A stretch of 62,601 nt of DNA, the filler included, from Stramenopiles sp. TOSAG23-3 (lineage: Eukaryota), in the NCBI GenBank assembly GCA_900128585.1. It is 7 parts of 7 records of this genome, joined end to end, with 100 filler letters (N's around TTAATTAATTAA, not from the genome) between each part and the next. Parts side by side here need not be neighbours in the genome. Positions count along the whole stretch, not along the records: positions 17,938 to 26,797 come from LT642974.1; positions 26,898 to 35,753 come from LT642975.1; 5 more parts are not named here. One strand, 5' to 3'. Positions within the stretch are counted from its first letter, which is position 1; every line of letters starts with the position of its first letter. The notes beneath the pieces are model-generated. The model had not been told where the DNA came from and searched no databases. It was given only the letters and a program-made list of their open reading frames with translations. A program made the position numbers and the translations under genes. Positions 20,076-30,781 of this stretch are shown here, piece after piece.

Positions 20076-23000
20076 ATGAACGAGTATCACATTTACGAAG
20101 AGCTAGGGAAAGGGACACAATCCGTGGTTTACAAAGGTCGGAAACACAAGTCGGTCGAATATGTAGCTGTCAAGAGTGTAGAGAAGAAACAAATGGACAA
20201 AGTTTTACATGAAGTTCAAGTACTCTACCGCGTCAAACACCCTAATATTCTTCGTTTTTACAATTGGTATGAGACCAGAAATCACATATGGCTGATTCTT
20301 GAATACTGTACAGGTGGCGATTTGTTACAACTACTGACTCAAGACGCCCGAATGCCCGAGCAGGCTTTGAAAGTGCTCGGGGTGGATCTAATTTCTGGGT
20401 TACACCACCTCCATACGCTAGGGGTTCTGTACTGCGATTTGAAGCCGTCGAATGTTCTTATCGATGAGTTTGGCGTGTTGAAACTCTGCGACTTTGGTCT
20501 AGCCCGGCAGTTCCCAACATCCGAAACCGTGGAGCAGCAGGGGCCGCGGCGAGGGACGCCGTGTTACATGGCACCGGAGTTGTTCTCCGCCGACGGTGTG
20601 TACAGCACTGCATCTGATCTGTGGTCGTTGGGGTGCATTTTATACGAGCTTGCAGTTGGGACGCCCCCATTCGTGTCAAATAATTTTGAGGAACTAGTGG
20701 AAATGATAGTTTGGTCAGCAGCACCGACGTTAAGCGAGGAATTCAGTCTTCCGTTTCGGAATTTAATCGATGGGCTCCTATGCAAAGAGCCCGGTGACAG
20801 GCTAGGTTGGGATGCAGTTCTAAAGCATCCATTTTGGGATGCTCGTTTAACACCGCAACCTGCAGCGATACCTACTGAACCATTATTTTTGAAACGTCGC
20901 AAGAAGCGACAAGATTCGAGGGAGCCCGAACCCCGCCTAGTTGCCGAAAAGACCCAGTCGCGCCGCCAGATGAACACCGGCACGGCCCCGGGGTATTCGG
21001 AAAATGGAACGATACAGGTAACGTCTGGGGAGAAAGTAGAGCATCGCGCACAGGCACGTGCGGATATAATGCGCCTTTCTCGCATTGTGAGGGACAATAT
21101 TGATGCCGATGCTGGAGGAAAAGCTGCGGGCGATGGACCGGAGTCAGAACCTGTCTCCGGCAGTCACGGTCAGACGGAGAAAGAAGAGCACCCCGATGAA
21201 AATGTTTTTGACCCAATCATTTTGCCCAATCGGGACACTGAATTAGACTTTGACGATCGAAGCGAAGCAGCGTCGCACCTGCGTGATTACACAATCCCTG
21301 TAATCGCGCCCGACAAATACACCGGGAAGGACTCGGCCCCAAGGACTACTACACCTGTGAGACTTTTGGGTTCGGAAAACGGCCCTCTTGATGGTGAAAT
21401 GAACGAAAGCCGCGACGAGTCTCCAGATGCCGTTGAGGGGAGTGGGACGGCACCGGCGAGGGCCGATCAATCTGGCAAGCAAGGGGCCTCAAAGAATAAA
21501 ATGGGAAAGATGCTGCTGATGAACGAAAAAGAAAGCAACCACCACTTGCTAAAGCTTGTGCTGGCCACTACAAAAAGCTACGTTTCCCCCATCAGTGGGG
21601 ATCGCGCCATCGAAAGCATCGCCCCAATTAGACTGAAGCTTTCTGCGTTGCCATTTAAACACTATGAACTTGATGCGATTCCCAACATAAAGCAAGATCG
21701 CCTCGAAAGCCACCTGACAAAAATTTATCGAACAATGAGCGGAACGTCCCGCAGAAAACCCACTGTTGCGGAAAAGAGTAACGTTTTGAACTACGTCCAA
21801 AACCTCTGTAAATCAACAAGGGTCGCAAACATGCTTGTGAACAGCAGCATGGTGAAGTTGTTTATCAAAATGAGCAGGAAATCAGCTACCCCTTTCAATA
21901 TACGCTCAAAAATATTTCGAATTTTAGCTTCGATGTTTCGACATGCAACCTACATATCGGGGGATCTATGCAACGAGGGGGTGATGCAGTTACTCGTAGA
22001 AATGGCAAGGGACCCAAACATTGAGGTCAAAAGGGCCTCCATGTCGGCCCTGGCGGAGTTACTCTTCTATATTACCACGGAGGACAATTCTGAAAACGAC
22101 GCGTCCGATGACACTAGTCCATGGATTTTGCCAGGGTCGGTCGTATCTTTGATTGGAAAATGCTTGCGAAGGGATGGTGCGAAGGATGACGTTGTGAACC
22201 ATTATGCAACAAAACTGTTGCAAAATATCCTTATTCAGGGTAAGTCCCAACTTGTCGCGAGGTTCACGAATCTTGAAATAGCGTTGGCACTGAGAGACAC
22301 TTTGAAGCACGGCCACAACGAAGCCCATCGCCATACTGCTTTGGTGGCTTTCTCGGTATTGCTGCGCAGGAACCCGAAAGTGATACATAAAGTTGTCGAT
22401 AAGCTGACGCTGCAGACGATGACAAAAATCGTGTCGGACAGGAAGGTACGATTGCTTCAACCTGCACTGGCAATTTTAAACATCACGTTGTACCATGGAC
22501 GTAGCACGAGTACTCTAAAAAACGCGAGGAAAATACTGCAAGCCTCGTCTGGTCTGCTGCGTGCACTCATCTACCTGGCAGATCGTATGACAAAAACGGA
22601 AGGTAGTTTGGGGCAGACTTTACTTTGTATTCGGCTAATGGTGGAGGGGAATGCCCACGCGATTGCAACAATTTGCGACGGAAAATTTCTGTTAACACTG
22701 GAGCGCATAGCAGATTATGTAAAACGGAAGAAGGACAAATATGTCCACGAATGCCTTAACTCACTTTTGTCATTTTTTGCATATATATCTTCCCGCTGCC
22801 TGGATTTATTGTCTGAAAGAATTCACTCGATCCACCTGGGGATTTCGACGTTGGATCGGCCTGAGAATTCCCCTTCGCAAATCCGATACGATGTTTTCAA
22901 ATCAAGCGAAAATGTTGAGAGTGCCTTGGTTATTTTGCCCACTCTGATTCCGCTGCTAAACTCCAAGTTGCTAGTGTCTCTATTCCCACACTCGACCCTT

Positions 23001-23921
23001 GTAAAGTCTCTGTCGCGACTACTGAGGTACATCATTAATCTCAGTTCTAAAGAATGGAGCGAGTTGCAGGAGCTAATCTTTAGCATACTGGAGGTTTACA
23101 GCAAGAACCCGGAGCTTGTCGGCAACAAGGAGCAGTACGCTGACTTGTTCTGTGTGCTTCTGCCATGTATATTGCAGTGGATTGAAGCTCCAAATGGGAA
23201 CATCCGAATCCTTTCAATCAAGATTACGTACGATATTTTGACCTCTGTGTTTGAGGCAGAAAGGTACACCCGCTCTGCCGACGATTCTGGGTTATCACAG
23301 TACGTTAAAACATTTATGGTCGATGGATTGCTTCCTTTGTATAAACCCATGCTGAGACACCAAGAGCCAATACCGCAGTACGCACTTAAACTTCTTCACC
23401 GGGTACTAAGATATGACCTGACGATTGCGCGTAGTGTTTACGAGAACAAGCTTGTTGGGGAAGTTGTGCGAAGCGTACACACCCGCGGCAGCACTGGAGA
23501 GGGAACGTTTTCCATAAGCGCCCACGCCGCGAACGCGTTGGTTTATATTGTCAACTACAAGGAGACAAACATGATGGATTTGCACGAATTGGATATTGCA
23601 AATCGGATATGCAAAGCGATTTTGTCAGCTGTTAGGGAGGGTGTGGATTCGTCTTATGTGCCGCTTTTGTCCATTCTGCAATCGATTCTTGTCCACGCAT
23701 GTTCCTTGCAGAAGACGTTTAACAACGTTTCGAGTGAATATCGTGATGTTTGTGACGCATGCGAAGACTTCCTTGCCTCTGATTTTGTGGAAGCACTAAA
23801 GCAGCTCGTAAAAGTGGGACGAAAGAGCTTTGTTGATAGTGCGTTGGTGCAGGATATTGGCAAAAATTGCTTAGAATTACTGCAAGAATTGTTCGAAGGC
23901 CGCCTGGACGAGCAGATGTAA
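20076..23921 (+). CDS. ULK4: ULK4/RUNKEL-like kinase with a C-terminal HEAT/ARM region
   Basis: MNEYHIYEELGKG...VVYKGRK, FYNWYETRNHIWLILEYCTGGDL, YCDLKPSN and RGTPCYMAPELF are characteristic of ULK4/RUK. Confidence 0.9.
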   Translation: MNEYHIYEELGKGTQSVVYKGRKHKSVEYVAVKSVEKKQMDKVLHEVQVLYRVKHPNILRFYNWYETRNHIWLILEYCTGGDLLQLLTQDARMPEQALKVLGVDLISGLHHLHTLGVLYCDLKPSNVLIDEFGVLKLCDFGLARQFPTSETVEQQGPRRGTPCYMAPELFSADGVYSTASDLWSLGCILYELAVGTPPFVSNNFEELVEMIVWSAAPTLSEEFSLPFRNLIDGLLCKEPGDRLGWDAVLKHPFWDARLTPQPAAIPTEPLFLKRRKKRQDSREPEPRLVAEKTQSRRQMNTGTAPGYSENGTIQVTSGEKVEHRAQARADIMRLSRIVRDNIDADAGGKAAGDGPESEPVSGSHGQTEKEEHPDENVFDPIILPNRDTELDFDDRSEAASHLRDYTIPVIAPDKYTGKDSAPRTTTPVRLLGSENGPLDGEMNESRDESPDAVEGSGTAPARADQSGKQGASKNKMGKMLLMNEKESNHHLLKLVLATTKSYVSPISGDRAIESIAPIRLKLSALPFKHYELDAIPNIKQDRLESHLTKIYRTMSGTSRRKPTVAEKSNVLNYVQNLCKSTRVANMLVNSSMVKLFIKMSRKSATPFNIRSKIFRILASMFRHATYISGDLCNEGVMQLLVEMARDPNIEVKRASMSALAELLFYITTEDNSENDASDDTSPWILPGSVVSLIGKCLRRDGAKDDVVNHYATKLLQNILIQGKSQLVARFTNLEIALALRDTLKHGHNEAHRHTALVAFSVLLRRNPKVIHKVVDKLTLQTMTKIVSDRKVRLLQPALAILNITLYHGRSTSTLKNARKILQASSGLLRALIYLADRMTKTEGSLGQTLLCIRLMVEGNAHAIATICDGKFLLTLERIADYVKRKKDKYVHECLNSLLSFFAYISSRCLDLLSERIHSIHLGISTLDRPENSPSQIRYDVFKSSENVESALVILPTLIPLLNSKLLVSLFPHSTLVKSLSRLLRYIINLSSKEWSELQELIFSILEVYSKNPELVGNKEQYADLFCVLLPCILQWIEAPNGNIRILSIKITYDILTSVFEAERYTRSADDSGLSQYVKTFMVDGLLPLYKPMLRHQEPIPQYALKLLHRVLRYDLTIARSVYENKLVGEVVRSVHTRGSTGEGTFSISAHAANALVYIVNYKETNMMDLHELDIANRICKAILSAVREGVDSSYVPLLSILQSILVHACSLQKTFNNVSSEYRDVCDACEDFLASDFVEALKQLVKVGRKSFVDSALVQDIGKNCLELLQELFEGRLDEQM

Positions 23922-24100
23922 AAATGTCCCACAGGCGAGCATAACATCGGGGGGGCGCTTACCTAAAGAAAAGAATTTTTGTTTTTAAATCTTAAATATA
24001 AAATTAATATTTCCTTTTTCTATTCGACTACACAATGAATACGGGGGGGGGGGGGTCTCTCTCTCATTCTTACCTAAAATCTATTTACAGGGATAAATCT

Positions 24101-24781
24101 TTACATGTGTTCCTCAGAAGATTTCTGGAAGTTAGCGACCAACCCTACCATCTCTTTAAACAAGGACCGCAACTCTTCTTGTTGCTTATTTTTATCACTA
24201 AATAAGAGAGAAAACTGTGTTAGTAGACGGATACGAGGAATAGACGCATATGCATAGAGAGGATGGTCTGGAAGGGAGTTCACTTACTGCATAGCTTGTT
24301 CAGCAGCACTAACGTTTTTCTGTCCGGCTTGAAAAACTTTCGCTAGTTCCTGCCGAACAAGTTGTTCATATTCCAATTTTGCAAGAAACAATAAATGGCT
24401 ATTTTTTGTTTGTTTTGACAAGCGCTTGGGTGCTTCCTCACGAAACGTGGCATCATCCACCAGAGTGATTTTGTCCCACTCCGGTGTCTCCATGTTTTCA
24501 CAGTTTTCTATTTCCTTCAAGAGCAAGTGCTTTTCATAGAGGAGATTTTGTAGCTTAAACACGGTCTTCTCTGATGTGGACTTACTTCTTCTGGTAATTA
24601 ACTGCTCCTTCGACACCCGGAGATATACCTTCCGCACTAAAGTCTTTATACGCACCAGGCTGGAAAAACATTTCTGCAACCTCAAAGTAAATTCCGACTC
24701 TGACACATCCTGTTCTTCTACTATGGTACTGGTATCTGCCCGGAGTTTCTCCAGCTCACCAGAGAGGATACCCAACGCCAT
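24101..24781 (-). CDS. Short THOC5/FMIP-like protein; 2 exons (24781-24288, 24197-24101), 196 aa
   Basis: LQNLLYEKHLLLKEIENC and HLLFLAKLEYEQLVRQEL match the THOC5 N-terminus. The canonical intron 24198-24287 (GTAAGT...TACTAAC...TTAG) joins the exons in frame. Confidence 0.75.
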
Positions 24782-25914
24782 CTACAAACTTACGCAATAT
24801 CCAGCCCTTTGTTTTCAAGCCTATTGTACTGTAGGTTGTGAATAGAAGAAAAGAGAATTGAGACTTGTTGATATGAAATGTCGATGGGCAGTTTTTGTGT
24901 CACTTGCTTTTAAAAAAAAAAAAATGTTTCGCCTCGAATCGTTCGTTGGTCGTCATACATGCATTAACAATAATAAAAAAATAATGATGATTATTAGAAG
25001 ACACTATATTTTATTATTTTTTTAAATAATAACTAATAAGGAGGCATGCAGCAGGCAGCAGCAAAGAGGATTGGTGGTGATAAAAAAAAGGAGTAATTGC
25101 ATGCACTCTTGTTGTTGGACTTGTGCTCTTTTGAGTGTTGTGAGTCTGAGATCTAATATTTATATTTATATGAAAAACTTTAATACTACAATTATATAGG
25201 AATATTTATAATAATACAGGTTATACATATAGGTATGATAATTGATTGTCTTTCTTTCTATTGAAGTGATTTAGTCTAATTACATTCAAATAATAGATAA
25301 TTAATCTAGTGATTAGTATACGTTATAGTATGTGACAGTATACGATGGATCGAATATCCCACCAAAATCTCAAATTAGAGGTACCAAGGGAAGTAAGGAG
25401 CAATTTGAGAAAACCAAAAAAAAAAATGGAAAAATGAAGAAGAATATTTTAAAACAGCTTCTTATCATCATCAATCATCTTTTTTTTTATATTTGTTTTT
25501 TCAAGCAACGTTGAAAATATTATTATGGGAAACCAAAGCAAATAAGTGGTGTGCTGCTGTTGTAAAAAGCCATTAAATATTACTACTACCTGGTAGTAAT
25601 AATATTTTTTTTTACGAAAATGAAAGAATTTTCATATGGCGCTTGTCTTTTGAGATATATGTGTGAGTATATTACTCGTACCACGTAATATAAAATTCGT
25701 TCGAAAGGGAGTAAAGTGGTACATAACCATTTCCGTCGGGTTCATATATTAAATCATATATACTACATTTGGATAAATCTTCAACTTACGATGGGGTTTG
25801 CCCCACACTGCCATCACGAAAAATGGCAGATGTTACTGACGATTCGCACGGTTCAACCATGTGAAGCTATCTTTGCTTTGTGGGACCATCGCTTCTAACG
25901 TTTCTACGGTCAGC

Positions 25915-26308
25915 TCATCGGCGCTCAGTTGTATCGAACTCTCTTTCAAACTTCTCTCGCGCATCCTTTGCTAATACAGGGTCAACCTTTCCTGTCGTTG
26001 GGTCTGTACCCAATGGTCGTCGGAAGAGAAGAATATGGGGTTCGGGACGATGGATGGCGTAGTGAACCCAGCCTCGGCTTTGCTGCACACCAATGCCACG
26101 CCACTCTGTTTCTGATAGAAGTCTCTGTTTTGGAAGCTGCTTCGCAAGCTCACGCGGAAGGATAACATGCCTATGTAAAATTAATTGTTAGATATATGTT
26201 TTGTTTGCAAAGAAACCCTTGTATAAATTCTACTTACCTGTATTCGTTTTTGTCGTCCTGGTACTTCTCGGAGTACTCAATTCGGGAAGTAATATCACCG
26301 TGGGGCAT
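25915..26308 (-). CDS. CKS1: Cyclin-dependent kinase regulatory subunit; 2 exons (26308-26238, 26170-25915), 108 aa; missed by the ORF track
   Basis: Spliced translation is [77 protein letters not shown]. Canonical 67-nt GT-AG intron at 26171-26237. Confidence 0.96.
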
Positions 26309-26797
26309 CGTAAACAGTTGGGGGATGTATAGCTAAAAAAAAAGTGCGTCCTAATTCGGTGATTAATTAATCTGTTAAACTTGAGGTATACGGCGAGAAG
26401 AGTGCAAGAATGTCTCTCAATTTCACGCTCAATGCATACCTTGTGGTCGTTCCAGCAACATGTGAGATTGTGCAAGTCGACAAACGTCGTCAGTTCAGTT
26501 GGAGGTAATAAATAGTTATTTTCCTACTACTACAATGGAGTAGTTAGTGATTAAAAGTACCAAGCACAAGTCATGTGATAAAAAACAAATGAAAAAATTG
26601 AACTAACGTACAACGTAGTGCTGTGTCTATAATACATGGGATTGCTGGATCAGATAGCTGATATATAGAGATAGAATGAATAAGAAAATACTTTTTTTTC
26701 GAACACAAGACCAACAACATTTTATCCCAATTTATACAAATCCAAGTATAAATTATCAAATAATCATACCTATCAAATATTTTGTTTTTTATCAAGG

Positions 26798-26897
26798 NNN
26801 NNNNNNNNNNNNNNNNNNNNNNNNNNNNNNNNNNNNNNNNNTTAATTAATTAANNNNNNNNNNNNNNNNNNNNNNNNNNNNNNNNNNNNNNNNNNNN
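26798..26897. other. Artificial contig linker
   Basis: N44-TTAATTAATTAA-N44. Confidence 0.98.
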
Positions 26898-27919
26898 TGT
26901 TCCATTGTGTGTTTAATATAATTTGCTTTTGTTTGTTTTGTTTGTTTGTTGTTGTATTTTTGTTCTGTTCTTTTGTTTTCTTATTGGTTTTGGTTAGTTC
27001 TATTATAATAGTTAGTTACTTATAGGGGTTCGTTAAAACTTCAAACTACTGTTGTTTGTAAACTTGGTGGTTTAAAATGTATTAAGTATTGGTCATACGA
27101 GTCATACTTCATACCTCATTCCTCATTCATTTGTATTATTAATTTATTGGTTGTTGAAAAATTCAGCGTAAAAAAATGGAGGAATGTGTTAACTCTCAAT
27201 TTTTCATCACAAAGGAAATACAATGGCAGAAAAGGAAAGGAGGATGCTGAATGAAACGAAACGAAACGCTGCCAGCCGCACACAAACACAAAAAGACAAA
27301 AAACACAAACAACAACAACCAACAACCAACAACCCAAAACTGAACAACTGACAACTGACAACAACAATCGAAAGAAACAATTAAACCAACAACACAAAAC
27401 ACAACCTTCATTTGTTTTCCCATTTGTTTGTTTTCATTTGTTTGTTTGGGATTGTTATTTGGAATTTGGGATACGATGCAATATTTATAATGAATAATGC
27501 ATAAAATATAAATAACTTTCATCAATCCCATCAATACGTCAATGTTTTACATAAACACAGTGAAGGATAACGAACACTATTCATTCAACTACAACAACAA
27601 TACAAACTCAAATAGCCTAGCACACCATCAAGAACAAGAACAGAATCTTCTTGTAAAACTTATTATACAGGGTCATACCATAGCATTCTTTTGTTTAAAC
27701 AGCACAAAATTCCATCCTTTGAACGCAACGCTTGCACTTCCCTTTTGCTTTTCTGCTAAAGTGTGATCTGTGTTGAAACAAAAGAAATACAAGGAAGGTA
27801 ATTCCTTCCCGTTCTTAAACCTGAACTTTTTTTTGTGCACAAACTAAACTGAAACAATTAGATTCGTTAACACCGAAACAATTCCCTACCTATTAATACC
27901 CCTGTAATTTTTATTGAAC

Positions 27920-28432
27920 ATGGCAACTGTAATCGTTGAAGAAGAAGTCACGAAGGGCCAAAGAGACGTCGACAGTGTTGACATTGGCCAGCTCCGTGTT
28001 GTTGGTGGCTGCTGCTGCGGTCTCGGATCCCTGTACTGCAACGGTAAGAAATCATGTGGGTGCCAATCCAAAGGTACCGTGATATGCTGCAACGGCGAAT
28101 TCGACGCTTGCGTCCCAAGTGCGGAAGAGAAGTTGTGGTGCACGCTGTTCAACGGCGACTGCAACTGCGGCCCACCGTCGACCTGCGTCATGCTAAGCTC
28201 CCGTGTCTTTTGCTTGGACCAGCGCTGCGCCTTCCCGTGCAACGACGAAGTCCCTTGCATCGTGAACGCTCTCGGTCTGACGTGCTGCTACGCCAAGAAA
28301 TGCAAGCCAAGCTGCTGCAAAACGCTGAGTGAAATCGACCCGGACTACTCCCACACCAAAGAAATCGACTTGAGTGCCAACCAAATGGCGGTCACGTACG
28401 GTGCCCCGGAGGACGTCGAAGCAACCCGTTAA
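27920..28432 (+). CDS. Cysteine-rich hypothetical protein
   Basis: Many Cys including CCC and CC clusters. Strong C-ending codon bias. Confidence 0.75.
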   Translation: MATVIVEEEVTKGQRDVDSVDIGQLRVVGGCCCGLGSLYCNGKKSCGCQSKGTVICCNGEFDACVPSAEEKLWCTLFNGDCNCGPPSTCVMLSSRVFCLDQRCAFPCNDEVPCIVNALGLTCCYAKKCKPSCCKTLSEIDPDYSHTKEIDLSANQMAVTYGAPEDVEATR

Positions 28433-28832
28433 AAGTGGAAAGACCAACGGTGCTTCTTCCGAATGGAGTCAGGGTCAGTACCTCGTCGTAAGTTTTATCA
28501 AAGCCACACTTCGTGCAAACTTGACCGGAAGAAGATATGCAATGCGCCCGATTTAAACTGGATTGTTTTATTTAACGCAGAGCGCATTGCGTTGAAGTCG
28601 CGTCGAACTTTGGGGAGAACCGACGCAACCGGTGGTTAATCTCAACAAAATCATCATATTTTTGTTTATTTTCACAAAACTAAAATTAAACTTTACTCGG
28701 TATGATTCGACAATTAATCTGGTACGTGTGAGAATTATATAAATAAAATGTTCTCGATCTCAACCTTCATGCACTCTCGGGTGTCAAAAACGCTCGCGCC
28801 ACCACCGTCGACTCGTCTCACCCTCCCTCCCG

Positions 28833-29915
28833 CTAGCTGCACCCGGACGCGTGCTCGAAGGCTTCCCCGCTGGGCCACTTTGGCGCCGGCAACTCCGGGC
28901 GGTCCGACCTCGTGTTCAAGAGGAGCTCTTTCCCCGACTCGTACGCGAGGAACGTTGCAAACACCACGGTCAGGCTGGAAATGGCCATCCCGACCCGTTC
29001 CAAAATGTTGTGGTGGGATTCTGGGATGTACTTCAACGCTTCGGGAAGCATCAGGACAACGTCGTACAGGCCGTGGATCAGCACCGAGTAGAACATGGCC
29101 CCGCACCAGTGCCCCTTTTGGCCTCGGCGCAGGCGTTTGGCAATCCCGATCCCGATCAACACCCCGCAGGTCCCGTGCAGGGGGGTCGACATAAGGGCCC
29201 GGGCAAAGGCGATCTCGAAGGCGTCGGAAACACGGCTGGTCGGGCGAAAAATGTAGGCGGCGTTCTCCAAGCTCGCAAACCCAAGGCTGCACGCAAGCCC
29301 GACGATCACAATCCCGTACGGGGTCAGGTACCGGCCGCTCTGCCGGGCGCGGTAGTACGTGTACAGGATCTTTCCGCCCTCTTCGACGCAGGCGACGCAG
29401 ATGAACGCGACGGCAAAAACCTGGAGGACAATCTTGACGGTGTTTCGGTCGGCTGTGACCACCCCATTCTTCGGCCGTTCTGGGAATGCGGACTCGGTAA
29501 CGATCGCTTCCACAAGCGCAACCGGGAGCGCCATAAAAATCCCGGCCAAGTACGACCCAATGACCAATGGGACCGGCGCGCAGTCCCGATTCTTCCAATA
29601 ATACGCAAAGTACAAAAGCATCACCGACGGGACGATCGACGAGAGCAGAAGCCAGACGATGTACGGTCGGTGTTCCCGGGTTTGGACCCACCATGCACCC
29701 GTCAGCAATCCGACCAGCACGACGACAAGGGTAAACGTAAGGATAAACGTCAAAATTGTCTGCAGCAAGTTGTCGTCCTCCCCAGTCGTCGACCCCCCTC
29801 CCCTCGTCCGCCTCCGCCGACTTGTACTACTCCCGTCAGCGTTCTCATCCGATATTCTCCTCACAGCCCCTCCATTCTCTTCGTCCAACAACCCTTCCCG
29901 TTCACCGTTGTTCAT
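28833..29915 (-). CDS. PrsW-family intramembrane protease
   Basis: Four conserved motifs in TM context: VEEGGK, GFASLEN, PLHG and IHGLYD. Confidence 0.85.
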   Translation of the reverse strand: MNNGEREGLLDEENGGAVRRISDENADGSSTSRRRRTRGGGSTTGEDDNLLQTILTFILTFTLVVVLVGLLTGAWWVQTREHRPYIVWLLLSSIVPSVMLLYFAYYWKNRDCAPVPLVIGSYLAGIFMALPVALVEAIVTESAFPERPKNGVVTADRNTVKIVLQVFAVAFICVACVEEGGKILYTYYRARQSGRYLTPYGIVIVGLACSLGFASLENAAYIFRPTSRVSDAFEIAFARALMSTPLHGTCGVLIGIGIAKRLRRGQKGHWCGAMFYSVLIHGLYDVVLMLPEALKYIPESHHNILERVGMAISSLTVVFATFLAYESGKELLLNTRSDRPELPAPKWPSGEAFEHASGCS

Positions 29916-30781
29916 CGCCAAATCGTTTGTTTCTCCCCACCCAATTCCGTTCGTAGCACAAATCAAATATAGCGTTTATTTCTATTAACGGTGAAATGAA
30001 ATGGACCAACCGAAAGAACGAAACGGGCACCTCGACCCGTCGTTTGATATGTTGTAATAAACCGTACGTATTTTATAGAAAGAAAGACACTACCTCAAGA
30101 CCCCAAAATTCAAGTCAATCACAAACACACACAAAGGAAACTTAATAACCCTCAAACCAATTACCCCAAGTTAACGAAGCAGAACATCATCAACCACCAT
30201 TGATATCAAAAATTAAAAAAGGAGCCGCCAAACGAAGCCTTTTTTTTTGAAACAAAATTCAACTTGAAGAAAAGAAAGAAGAATAAAACAACAAAAACAA
30301 AACAAAAAAATCCTCCTTTTTTTTTTAAACTTATACACCCAACTTACATATTACATAGAAAATCGTTTAAAATATAATTGATATAATAATTGTATAAGAT
30401 AAATTATATATTGTAAAGTACATCACATTCAAAAAAATCTCGGAAAACGAATAAATTCTTCTTCTTCTTCGGTGGCGGCGGTTCGTTTTGTTGACGAAAA
30501 AAGGCAAAAGTATAAAGTGTACATAAGAGTAAAAGAAATGTGTTCAAAGAACGAGGAAGGACCGAGTCAATTAATTATTTATTTGCAACAGCAAACGGGA
30601 GAGTTGTATGAATTGTGGTAATTAATTTTTCTTTTTCTTTTCTCTCGTTGCTTTGTTCTTTCCTTCCTTCAGCTGAATTGCGTTGTAGCATTGTGGGACG
30701 AAACCGAACCGTACGTTCTAATTAACACGAGTTGAACTTTAGTTCCTTCCTTCCTTTGTTCCTTCGCCGATCCAGCACACG

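Noticed and set aside
24198-26237. THOC5 and CKS1 introns as introner copies
   Set aside because: Canonical GT-AG, dissimilar to each other and to the ~90-nt element.
28735-29972. Long antisense and alternative-frame ORFs over the PrsW gene (373 and 319 aa), and similar shadows elsewhere
   Set aside because: Expected from GC-rich third codon positions; no recognisable motifs.
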